A stretch of 64,000 bases of DNA from an uncultured Bacteroidales bacterium. Lineage in GTDB: Bacteria; Bacteroidota; Bacteroidia; Bacteroidales; FEN-979. The notes under the pieces are model-generated. The model was not told the origin of the DNA, made no database searches, and saw nothing but the letters and a program-made list of their open reading frames with translations. Made by a program: the position numbers and the translations under genes. The stretch lies in contig CAIVAT010000022.1 of the NCBI GenBank assembly GCA_903903985.1, forward strand, positions 62,903-126,902, read 5' to 3'. Below are positions 56,701 to 64,000 of this stretch, piece by piece (the stretch's first letter is position 1; each line of letters opens with the position of its first letter).

Positions 56701-58667
56701 CCTTCAACCACCAGCACGGAGCCTGCCCGGCATGTGACGGATTGGGCTATCAAACGGTTTGTGATCCTGAAAAACTGATTACCGATCCACAGAAATCGTT
56801 GCTTGCCGGGGCGATGGACGGGACAAAAACCGGTAAATTCTATGGAGATCCCTTTGGGCAATATACCGCAACGCTGAAGGCGGCAGGTGATCAACACGGT
56901 ATTGATTTCAGGCAACCCTGGAATGTTGTTCCATCAGAAGGTCAAAAACTTGCACTGGAAGGTTCCGGGGAAGAATTGTTCGATGTTACATGGCAATTCA
57001 AACGGGATAACCGCAACGGTGAACATCATTTTACGGGACCATGGAAAGGATTGTTGAACCTGGTAAATGAAGAATACAACCGCAAGCATGCCGACCATCG
57101 CGGCGCCGGCATGATGACGCTCATGAAAATTGCATGTTGCCCTGAATGCCAGGGCTCCCGATTGAGAATTGAATCATTGGCCTACCTTATCGGAGGAAAA
57201 AATATTGCAGCGTTGTCCTCCCTGTCGGGTGCCCAATCTGTTGATTTCTTCACCTCGCTTGTGCCAGGGCTGCCCGGTTCCCTGGAAATGGAAATCGCGA
57301 TTCCGCTGATCAGAGAGATTCTCAGAAAACTTGAGTTTTTATCCGGGCTCGGCTTGTCCTATCTTTCCATGGACCGCCGTTCGTCGACGCTTTCAGGCGG
57401 AGAGGCCAGGCGCATCAAACTGGCGGGGCAACTGGGTTCCGGGCTGACGGGCATTACCTATGTGCTTGATGAGCCAACGATCGGTCTGCATCCCAGGGAT
57501 ATTCAGCAATTGATGGCAAGGATAAGGCTTCTGAAGGACGAAGGCAATACGGTGATCATCGTTGAACATGACCGGGAGGTCATGCTTGCAGCGGATTATA
57601 TTGTCGACCTCGGCCCGGGAGCAGGGGTCCAGGGCGGCAGTATCGTTGCACAGGGTGCTCCTGAAGATATTCAGAAGAACCTGAAATCAGTTACCGGGCG
57701 CTATCTTCGCTCCGGCCCTCCCGTAGCATTATCTCATGCACGGAAATTATCGCCCGGTATCCATATCCGGGGTGCTTCCATCCACAACCTCAAGGGATTC
57801 GACCTGGAAATTCCCTCCGGCGGACTGATCGTCGTCACGGGAGTTTCCGGCAGCGGGAAATCGAGCCTGGTTTTCGACCTGGTGCTTGCATCGGCGCAAC
57901 AGGGAAAGCCGGTAGGATGTGTTTCCATCAACGGATTTGAGCATTTCAGCAAAATTATTGCTGCCGAATCGAAATCGGGATTTTCCGGATCCGGGTCGAA
58001 TGTTGCAACGTACACTGGGGTTTTCGATTTCATACGCGAACTTTTCGCAGGTTCTGAAGGGGCTATCCTTGCGGGAATGAATAAAAACCATTTCTCATTC
58101 CTTAATAAACAAGGCCATTGCACACATTGTGAAGGAACCGGCATTGTGCGCACCAGTATGGATTTTTTGCCGGATGTCACCGCAATTTGTGAACACTGCA
58201 AAGGCAACCGTTACAACGACAAGGTACTCGGGGTTGTCATGCAAGGTAAAAATATTGCTGAAATACTTGGCATGACGACCGAAGAAGCAGCAACCTGGTT
58301 TTCATGCGAACGGAACATCACAGACATTCTGAAGATTATTTCAAACATCGGGTTGGGTTATCTCGCACTTGGCCAGCCACTGAAAACACTTTCGGGGGGA
58401 GAGGCCCAGCGGCTGAGCCTTGCTGCCGAAATGATCAGGCCTGCCAGGGGTCCGTCGTTATGCCTTTTCGATGAACCCTCAACAGGTTTGCATTTCCAGG
58501 ATGTGGAGCAATTGCTGGGGGTATTTCGTGAACTGGCAGACATGGGTCACACACTGATGATCATTGAACACGATCCGATGATTATTTCCCAGGCCGATTT
58601 TATTATTGAATTGGGTCCCGACGGGGGTGACCGTGGGGGTTATCTCCTGGCTGCTTCTTCGAAATGA
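53715..58667 (+). CDS. uvrA: Double-length UvrA-like protein (four ABC ATPase domains)
   Basis: Four Walker A (GVSGSGKSS x3, GVSGAGKST), four LSGGE signatures, four DEP Walker B motifs, several CxxC zinc motifs; 1650 aa. Confidence 0.88.
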   Translation: MPVAGSIKICNAAEHNLRSVSLEFPKNKLIVVTGVSGSGKSSLIFDVLYREAESQYLGSFSSFARQFMGKMKKPDVERITGLSPAIALDQKSVVSNPRSTVGTITGIYDLLRLLYARAGHPSGEGAPFPVSRSLFSFNSPEGACPSCKGLGVEDFLDPELLIADESRTLREGALVITAPNGYIIYSQVTLEVLDQVCRAEGFHIDIPWKDLTPEQKHIVLYGSDKIEIPFGKHPLESRMKWSGITAKPREMGYYKGILPVMDAILQRDRNRNILRFVRSGKCKACGGLRLNEKALSVKIKGASIAEMAGLQLDDLQQALQKIIFAPSEQLVAGAIITQVSRQIDLLKRLGLAYLSADRESTTLSGGESQRLRLATLAGMGLSGMICIFDEPSIGLHPHDIEQLIGILREIRDKGNTVIVVEHEEAFIHHADWLIDIGPGPGIHGGEVIFNGTLQMARELPESVIRRSRTLSFLYGFEKIEAPAQHRPGIGYISVEGASARNLKNIDVTFLLQALNVVTGVSGAGKSTLTNHILGAFLNNNLHKASETTGKYNTIKGWEEIGKLITIDQSPIGRTPRSNPATYTGLFDHIRDLFARLPESVLRGYDKSRFSFNTRGGRCESCEGAGYQQVGMHFMGNVEVLCEVCEGRRFDDETLAIHCQDKNISEILEMTVSEAIAFFAGEPRILRYLETMENLGLGYLTLGQRSSTLSGGEAQRIKLATELAKPQSEHTLYIMDEPTTGLHQADAGVLLKAINGLIAQGHTVILIEHHLGMIAAADHIIDLGPGSGRDGGELLFSGTPEELVHCERSLTAKALRAYRILNTEFRIPNSFSDENQAMSEELPVIDSIKIQYSKFNIRNSISLKEVSTHNLKNINVEIPHNMITVITGVSGSGKSSLAFDTIYSEGHNRFLESYSPYIRTRLGVKAASDFEEITGLTPTFAVDQEMLGNNPRSTVGTTTGIYDHYRLLYARIGVVQANLGSTDSHLRFTNSASSLFSFNHQHGACPACDGLGYQTVCDPEKLITDPQKSLLAGAMDGTKTGKFYGDPFGQYTATLKAAGDQHGIDFRQPWNVVPSEGQKLALEGSGEELFDVTWQFKRDNRNGEHHFTGPWKGLLNLVNEEYNRKHADHRGAGMMTLMKIACCPECQGSRLRIESLAYLIGGKNIAALSSLSGAQSVDFFTSLVPGLPGSLEMEIAIPLIREILRKLEFLSGLGLSYLSMDRRSSTLSGGEARRIKLAGQLGSGLTGITYVLDEPTIGLHPRDIQQLMARIRLLKDEGNTVIIVEHDREVMLAADYIVDLGPGAGVQGGSIVAQGAPEDIQKNLKSVTGRYLRSGPPVALSHARKLSPGIHIRGASIHNLKGFDLEIPSGGLIVVTGVSGSGKSSLVFDLVLASAQQGKPVGCVSINGFEHFSKIIAAESKSGFSGSGSNVATYTGVFDFIRELFAGSEGAILAGMNKNHFSFLNKQGHCTHCEGTGIVRTSMDFLPDVTAICEHCKGNRYNDKVLGVVMQGKNIAEILGMTTEEAATWFSCERNITDILKIISNIGLGYLALGQPLKTLSGGEAQRLSLAAEMIRPARGPSLCLFDEPSTGLHFQDVEQLLGVFRELADMGHTLMIIEHDPMIISQADFIIELGPDGGDRGGYLLAASSK
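56162..56293. repeat. Inverted GAATnnn heptamer arrays translated in frame in the UvrA linker
   Basis: Left: gaatatt gaatact gaattcc gaattcc; right: tcaatat tcgaaat tcaacat tcgaaat tcaat. Confidence 0.8.
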
Positions 58668-58677
58668 CACATTGCGG

Positions 58678-58707
58678 TTTCGTTATTCTATGTCGGGAAT
58701 AACGAAA
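58678..58707. terminator. 11-bp hairpin immediately after the uvrA stop
   Basis: tttcgttattc-tatgtcgg-gaataacgaaa. Confidence 0.5.
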
Positions 58708-58746
58708 TGAAGGTGTTTCCCTCCGTTTCGAAATTACAGTCCTTAT

Positions 58747-58774
58747 AAAAAAAACCGCCCCGTATCTGGGGCGG
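58747..58774 (-). terminator. Rho-independent terminator
   Basis: Minus strand CCGCCCC-AGATAC-GGGGCGG-TTTTTTTT. Confidence 0.85.
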
Positions 58775-58923
58775 CTTCGCATTTGCGATTGAATGTCATC
58801 CAACAACCTTTGAGATTCTGGATCAGCCTTTGGCTTTAAACACATGTTCCGGTATGAGCGAAACACGTCATAAAATCAAATTGAGAGTCTTTCTTTTTTC
58901 GGTTTTTAGCGTTTTAAAATTGT
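58747..58923 (-). ncRNA. Candidate small RNA (~175 nt)
   Basis: Promoter CTTG-N19-TATATTTG (58959-58929) and intrinsic terminator (58774-58747) enclosing no credible protein gene. Confidence 0.45.
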
Positions 58924-58984
58924 TGATACAAATATAACTCAATTGTACCGAAAGTCAAGTCTTTTAACATTTGTTAACATAACA

Positions 58985-60070
58985 TTATTTTGCCTCGTAA
59001 GGGAGGTAATCTGTATATCCCTTCCCGTCAGCTGAATAAAAGGTATTGAAATCATAGTTGGCATCAATTGGCCGGTTATTCAGCATGCGCTCAACCAGAT
59101 CGGGGTTGGTGATGAAGGGTCTTCCAAAGGCGATCAGGTCGGCAAGGCCGCTTTGCAGATCACGTTCAGCGGTTTCTTTCGAGTAACCTCCCGCCAGGAT
59201 CAGGGTATTGCTTAGCTTCTCACGGATGGTCTGTTTGATTGCCAGCGGAACCTCTGGAGCGCCCATGGCACTGTGATCGACAAGATGAATATAAAGAATC
59301 CCGAGTTTGTCAAGCTGAGAGGCAAGATACGTATAGGTATCATTGATCTCCGGATATGGAACCATTCCTCCGCCAACGCCGTAAGGAGACAGCCGGATGG
59401 CCACTTTATCCATGCCGATGGCCTGACCGACAGATTTCACCACCTCCAGTACAAACCTGCAGCGGTTTTCAATGCTTCCACCATAATCATCGTTACGCTG
59501 GTTGCTGGATGGCGAAAGAAATTGTTCCAGGAGGTAACCATTGGCGCCATGAAGTTCTACCCCGTCAAAACCTGCAGCAATGGCATTGAGGGCGGATTTC
59601 ACAAACTCCCTGATGGTATTTACGATATCTTCTGCCGTCATGGCGCGGGGAACAGGTAAATCCTGCATTCCCCGGCTGTCGGTATACATTTGTCCGGAAG
59701 CCGCGATTGCCGAAGGAGCGATCACTTCAGCACCCGAAGGCAGGTTGTCCTGATGGCCCATTCTCCCGGTGTGCATGAACTGAACAAAGATCCTTCCGCC
59801 TTTGCGATGAACCGCTTCGGTTGTTTTCTTCCAGCCGGCAACCTGTTCCTCGCTGAAAATTCCGGGAATCCTGGCATACCCCAACCCGTTCGGGGAGGGA
59901 GAAGTGCCTTCGGTGACGATCAGGCCTGCGCTGGCCCGTTGCTCATAATAGCTGGCAATGAGTTCGTTCGGGGTGTTGCCAATGGCCCGGCAACGGGTCA
60001 TCGGGGCCATGACAATCCTGTTTTTTAATTCAATATTTCCTAATTTGTACTGACTGAATAATTTCTGCAT
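58985..60070 (-). CDS. Old yellow enzyme alkene reductase (NemA-like)
   Basis: NRIVMAPMTR, YYEQRASAGLI, ELHGANGYL, YGGSIENR, AFGRPFITNPDL. Confidence 0.93.
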   Translation of the reverse strand: MQKLFSQYKLGNIELKNRIVMAPMTRCRAIGNTPNELIASYYEQRASAGLIVTEGTSPSPNGLGYARIPGIFSEEQVAGWKKTTEAVHRKGGRIFVQFMHTGRMGHQDNLPSGAEVIAPSAIAASGQMYTDSRGMQDLPVPRAMTAEDIVNTIREFVKSALNAIAAGFDGVELHGANGYLLEQFLSPSSNQRNDDYGGSIENRCRFVLEVVKSVGQAIGMDKVAIRLSPYGVGGGMVPYPEINDTYTYLASQLDKLGILYIHLVDHSAMGAPEVPLAIKQTIREKLSNTLILAGGYSKETAERDLQSGLADLIAFGRPFITNPDLVERMLNNRPIDANYDFNTFYSADGKGYTDYLPYEAK

Positions 60071-60157
60071 GTATGAATAAATTAAATGAAAGAATTATTT
60101 GCAAATTTATTGATTTTATTTAGAATTAGTATAAATTTGTGGGAGATTCTGTTAACA

Positions 60158-60847
60158 ATGAACAAAGTAGTAAAAAATGCCCTGGAGGCGATCCATGGGA
60201 TTGAGAGCAACATGACCCTCATGCTGGGCGGTTTCGGTTTATGCGGCATCCCCGAAAACTGCATTGCAGCGCTGGCTGCCAGTGATGTCACCGGCCTCAC
60301 CTGCATTTCCAACAATGCCGGTGTGGATGGGTTCGGACTTGGAATGCTTCTTCGCCGGCACCAGATCAGGAAAATGATATCCTCCTATGTAGGGGAGAAC
60401 AAAGAATTTGAGCGGCAGTTACTCAGTGGGGAACTGGAAGTGGAACTTACTCCCCAGGGAACACTCGCTGAACGCATCAGGGCAGGCGGAGCTGGAATTC
60501 CTGCATTTTTCGTTCCGGCAGGATATGGAACCGAAGTAGCGCTCGGTAAACCGGTGCGTGATTTTGATGGGAAAATGTATCTCGAAGAACACTGGCTCAA
60601 GGCCGATTTCGCGATTGTCAAAGCCTGGAAAGGAGATACACACGGCAATCTGGTATACAGGTTCACAGCCAATAACTTCAACCAGGCCATGGCCACCGCC
60701 GGCAAGATCACCATTGCAGAGGTGGAAGAACTGGTCCCTGCCGGGGAACTTGACCCAAACTACATTCATACACCCGGTGTTTTTGTCCAGCGGATATTCC
60801 AGGGAACCAGTTATGAAAAACGGGTTGAATTTGCCACCACCAGTTAA
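60158..60847 (+). CDS. scoA: Succinyl-CoA:3-oxoacid CoA-transferase subunit A
   Basis: GGFGLCGIPE, ISNNAG, SSYVGEN, PQGTLAERIRAGGAGIPAF. Confidence 0.92.
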   Translation: MNKVVKNALEAIHGIESNMTLMLGGFGLCGIPENCIAALAASDVTGLTCISNNAGVDGFGLGMLLRRHQIRKMISSYVGENKEFERQLLSGELEVELTPQGTLAERIRAGGAGIPAFFVPAGYGTEVALGKPVRDFDGKMYLEEHWLKADFAIVKAWKGDTHGNLVYRFTANNFNQAMATAGKITIAEVEELVPAGELDPNYIHTPGVFVQRIFQGTSYEKRVEFATTS

Positions 60848-60916
60848 AAAACAGCGAAATAGCGAAAATAAAGCCTATACTTATTATTTTCAATCGTAAA
60901 TCTTAAATAAATTTCA

Positions 60917-61573
60917 ATGGGTTTAGATAAAAACGGGATAGCAAAGCGAATTGCACGGGAGTTGCATGATGGTTATTATGTAAACCTGGGTATCGGGATT
61001 CCAACACTGGTTGCCAATTACATTCCTGCCGGGATGCAAATTGTGCTTCAATCTGAAAACGGATTGCTTGGTATCGGGCCCTTCCCCGCTCCGGATGCAC
61101 TCGATCCCGATTTGATCAATGCCGGGAAACAGACCATCACGGCGGTTCCAGGTGCTGCATTTTTCGATTCCGCAGCGAGTTTTGCAATGATCAGGGGCGG
61201 ACATATTGATCTTACTGTTCTTGGGGCCTTTGAAGTCTCTGATACCGGTGATATCGCTTCCTGGAAAATACCGGGAAAACTCGTCAAGGGCATGGGTGGC
61301 GCCATGGACCTGGTGGCATCGGCAAAGAACATCATTGTGGCCATGATGCATACCAATCCGCAGGGAGAATCAAAACTACTGAAAAAATGCTCCCTGCCAT
61401 TAACCGGGGTTAGCGTTGTTAAACGAATTGTCACGGACCTGGCCGTACTTGATGTAACCCCCCGGGGATTTAAACTCCTTGAGCGGGCACCCGGGGTTTC
61501 GGTACAGGAAATCATTAATGCCACGGAAGGTAGACTCATTGTGGAGGGGGAAATCCCTGAAATTGGTATTTAA
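60917..61573 (+). CDS. scoB: Succinyl-CoA:3-oxoacid CoA-transferase subunit B
   Basis: NLGIGIPT, LQSENG, NAGKQ, SFAMIRGGH, KGMGGAMDLV. Confidence 0.93.
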   Translation: MGLDKNGIAKRIARELHDGYYVNLGIGIPTLVANYIPAGMQIVLQSENGLLGIGPFPAPDALDPDLINAGKQTITAVPGAAFFDSAASFAMIRGGHIDLTVLGAFEVSDTGDIASWKIPGKLVKGMGGAMDLVASAKNIIVAMMHTNPQGESKLLKKCSLPLTGVSVVKRIVTDLAVLDVTPRGFKLLERAPGVSVQEIINATEGRLIVEGEIPEIGI

Positions 61574-61585
61574 TCTGAATATCGA

Positions 61586-61640
61586 ATTTCGCCATCCCTC
61601 ATTTCACCATTTCACTATTTAAACATTTCGCAATTTAAAC
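61586..61640. repeat. Octamer array ATTT(C/A)nnn directly upstream of hmgA
   Basis: atttcgcc atccctc atttcacc atttcact atttaaac atttcgca atttaaac ATG. Confidence 0.65.
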
Positions 61641-62798
61641 ATGTCACATTACTATACACTCGGCCAGATCCCCCGCAAACGGCATGTTGTTTTCCGCAAG
61701 CCCGGCGGAGGCCTTTATGCAGAGGAACTGATTTCAACGGAAGGATTTTCAGATACTTATTCCCTCGCTTACCACTGCCATCCACCTACCATGGTGACCA
61801 GGATCGAGGAAGCATACACGGTTGCACCGAACATAGCCGGTCAGAAGAACATGCAACATCGGCTGTTCCGTGGATTTGATGTTGCCCCGTCCGATGATTA
61901 CCTTCAGAGCCGGATCCCGGTATTGGTCAACAACGACTGCCATATCAGCCTCGCCGCCCCGCGTAATTCGATGACCGATTACTGGTTTAAAAATTCCGGG
62001 GCCGATGAAATGGTCTTTATCCATCGTGGTGAAGGAATCCTGAAGACCATCTACGGGAACATTCCGTTCGGTTACGGCGACCACCTGATCATCCCCCGCG
62101 GGGTCATATACCAGTTTGAATTTAAAACATCCGACAACCGGCTTTTCATTGTCGAATCCTTTACCCCGCTGCGTTTTCCGAAGCGATATCTCAATAAATA
62201 CGGGCAATTGCTTGAACATGCGCCATTCTGTGAGCGCGACATCCGCAAACCGCAGGTTCTTGAAACCCATGATGAAAAGGGTGATTTCCTGGTGAAAATA
62301 AAGCGGGAAGATACCATCTGGCCTTACCATTTAGCCACCCATCCGTTTGACCTGATCGGCTGGGATGGATGCCATTATCCCTTCGCGTTCTCCATCCATG
62401 ATTTTGAACCCATCACGGGAAGATTGCATCAACCGCCGCCTGTCCACCAAACGTTTGAGACTTCCGCATTCGTGGTTTGTGCCTTCGTTCCCCGGCTGTA
62501 TGACTACCATCCTGAATCCATACCGACACCATACAACCACAGCAATGTCGATTCCGATGAGGTACTCTATTATGTTGCCGGTGACTTCATGAGCCGGAAT
62601 AACATCAAACCCGGGAATATTACCCTGCATCCGACCGGTATTGTGCATGGCCCGCACCCGGGTGCGGTTGAACGCAGCCTTGGTGCAAAAGGAACCGATG
62701 AACTCGCCGTGATGGTCGATACCTTCCGGCCTCTTAAAATTACCGAAGAGGCACTGGCGCTGGAGGATCGTGAATATTACAGGTCGTGGGTGCCTTAA
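61641..62798 (+). CDS. hmgA: Homogentisate 1,2-dioxygenase
   Basis: IPRKRH, HPFDLIGWDG, HQPPPVHQTF, PYNHSNVDSDE, HGPHPG, ELAVMVDTFRPL. Confidence 0.92.
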   Translation: MSHYYTLGQIPRKRHVVFRKPGGGLYAEELISTEGFSDTYSLAYHCHPPTMVTRIEEAYTVAPNIAGQKNMQHRLFRGFDVAPSDDYLQSRIPVLVNNDCHISLAAPRNSMTDYWFKNSGADEMVFIHRGEGILKTIYGNIPFGYGDHLIIPRGVIYQFEFKTSDNRLFIVESFTPLRFPKRYLNKYGQLLEHAPFCERDIRKPQVLETHDEKGDFLVKIKREDTIWPYHLATHPFDLIGWDGCHYPFAFSIHDFEPITGRLHQPPPVHQTFETSAFVVCAFVPRLYDYHPESIPTPYNHSNVDSDEVLYYVAGDFMSRNNIKPGNITLHPTGIVHGPHPGAVERSLGAKGTDELAVMVDTFRPLKITEEALALEDREYYRSWVP

Positions 62799-62810
62799 AT
62801 GAATTTTTTT

Positions 62811-62891
62811 CACCCCATCCCCCTGACCCCTTCCCCAAAAAGGGAAGGAGAGCAAGTCCCTCCCTGTTTGGGCAAGGATTTAGGGTGGGGC
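62811..62891. repeat. Composite REP-like palindrome
   Basis: cacccc...ccccttcccc aaaa agggaagg...gtccctccc...ggatttagggtggggc; nested hairpins between hmgA and hppD. Confidence 0.7.
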
Positions 62892-62935
62892 CAATTAAAA
62901 TCAATACATTATTAAATTTTCAAACTAATAACAAC

Positions 62936-64000
62936 ATGAATACCCAGAATGATTTTCTTCCTATCAATGGCACCGATTACATTGAGTTTTATGTGGGCAA
63001 TGCCAAACAGGCGGCACATTATTATCAGTCGGCCTTCGGGTTTCAGCCTTTGGCCTATGCCGGGCTTGAAACCGGGCTCAAAGACCGGACTTCATACGTG
63101 ATCAGGCAGGACAAAATCACTTTTGTGCTGACTACGTCGTTGATTCCTGATTCACCGGTCGCCGATCATTGCAAACTCCATGGAGATGGCGTAAAAGTGG
63201 TTGCCCTGTGGGTGGACGATGCCCGTAAATCATTTGAAGAAACCACCAAACGTGGAGCCAGGGTATATCTTCAGCCCACAGTGGCAAAGGATGAGCATGG
63301 GGAGGTGGTGACTTCAGGCATCCATACCTATGGCGAAACCGTTCATGTTTTTGTGGAACGAAAAAATTATTCCGGCGTGTTCCTGCCCGGGTTCATGAAA
63401 TGGGACCCGCATTACCGCCCTTCCACGGTGGGATTGCGTTATGTCGATCACATGGTCGGCAATGTTGATTGGGGAGAGATGAATACCTGGGCACAGTTTT
63501 ACCATGATGTGATGGGATTCAACCAGCTGATCTCCTTCGACGATACCGATATTTCTACTGAATTCACGGCGCTGATGAGCAAGGTCATGGCCAGCAGCAA
63601 TCTGTACATCAAATTTCCGCTCAATGAACCTGCCAGCGGGAAGAAGAAGTCGCAGATCGAAGAATACATTGATTTTTACAGAGGTGGCGGAGTTCAGCAT
63701 GTGGCCATGGCCACCAACAATATTCTTGAAACGGTCGCTGCCTTAAAAAGCCGAGGTGTTGAATTTCTCAGGGTTCCCGACACTTATTATGATGCTTTGA
63801 TTCAGCGTGTTGGAAAGATAGATGAAACCATCGGGCCGCTGCGCGAACTCGGCATCCTTGTCGACCGCGATGAAGACGGCTACCTGCTTCAGATATTTAC
63901 CAAACCTGTTGAAGACCGGCCCACGGTTTTCTATGAAATTATCCAGCGGAAAGGGGCCAAATCATTCGGGAAAGGAAACTTCAAGGCACTGTTTGAATCG
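62936..64000 (+). CDS. hppD: 4-hydroxyphenylpyruvate dioxygenase; 3'-partial
   Basis: MNTQNDFLPINGTDYIEFYVGNAKQAAHYY, HGDGVK, DHMVGNV, KFPLNEP, SQIEEY, GVQHVA, GYLLQIFT, FYEIIQRKG, FGKGNFKALFE. Open to the window end, so absent from the ORF track. Confidence 0.96.
   Translation, partial: MNTQNDFLPINGTDYIEFYVGNAKQAAHYYQSAFGFQPLAYAGLETGLKDRTSYVIRQDKITFVLTTSLIPDSPVADHCKLHGDGVKVVALWVDDARKSFEETTKRGARVYLQPTVAKDEHGEVVTSGIHTYGETVHVFVERKNYSGVFLPGFMKWDPHYRPSTVGLRYVDHMVGNVDWGEMNTWAQFYHDVMGFNQLISFDDTDISTEFTALMSKVMASSNLYIKFPLNEPASGKKKSQIEEYIDFYRGGGVQHVAMATNNILETVAALKSRGVEFLRVPDTYYDALIQRVGKIDETIGPLRELGILVDRDEDGYLLQIFTKPVEDRPTVFYEIIQRKGAKSFGKGNFKALFES

Noticed and set aside
1-64000. Anti-phage defence system, integrase, transposase, reverse transcriptase or CRISPR-Cas
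   Set aside because: No ORF carries the relevant motifs; the TPR pair has signal peptides and no nuclease, NTPase or TIR effector domain.

Overview
A Bacteroidota (probably Bacteroidales-like) chromosomal window: T9SS C-terminal sorting domains, TAnnTTTG -7 promoters and AT-rich, Shine-Dalgarno-poor starts. From left to right: (1) 1-12.8 kb, a probable beta-1,2-glucan utilisation operon (GH3 end, GH144, an uncharacterised CBM/discoidin/(alpha/alpha)6 enzyme, a GPH-MFS transporter with a ~200-aa insertion, GH35, GH94 phosphorylase); (2) a FIST + hybrid histidine kinase pair, a T9SS protein and an M13 peptidase; (3) a crotonase / 3-hydroxyacyl-CoA dehydrogenase / SCP2-type thiolase / FabK-NMO operon; (4) ~28-43 kb, a decaying accessory region at the 3' end of tRNA-Ala(CGC) with five pseudogenes (including radC), tandem TPR membrane proteins and an intact Cu/Ag-type RND efflux cluster; (5) a diheme cytochrome c, an RDD fusion, a GMC oxidase + ALDH, an aromatic amino acid decarboxylase, acs, a double-length UvrA, an OYE reductase and scoAB-hmgA-hppD. 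Non-coding signals include a ~108-bp palindromic element in two full copies and one partial copy, GC-rich REP-like hairpins, inverted 7/8-mer repeat arrays (one translated in frame inside uvrA), and a candidate ~175-nt sRNA with its own promoter and terminator. No CRISPR array, integrase, transposase or recognisable defence system was seen. All family calls come from reading motifs by eye; no database search was run.
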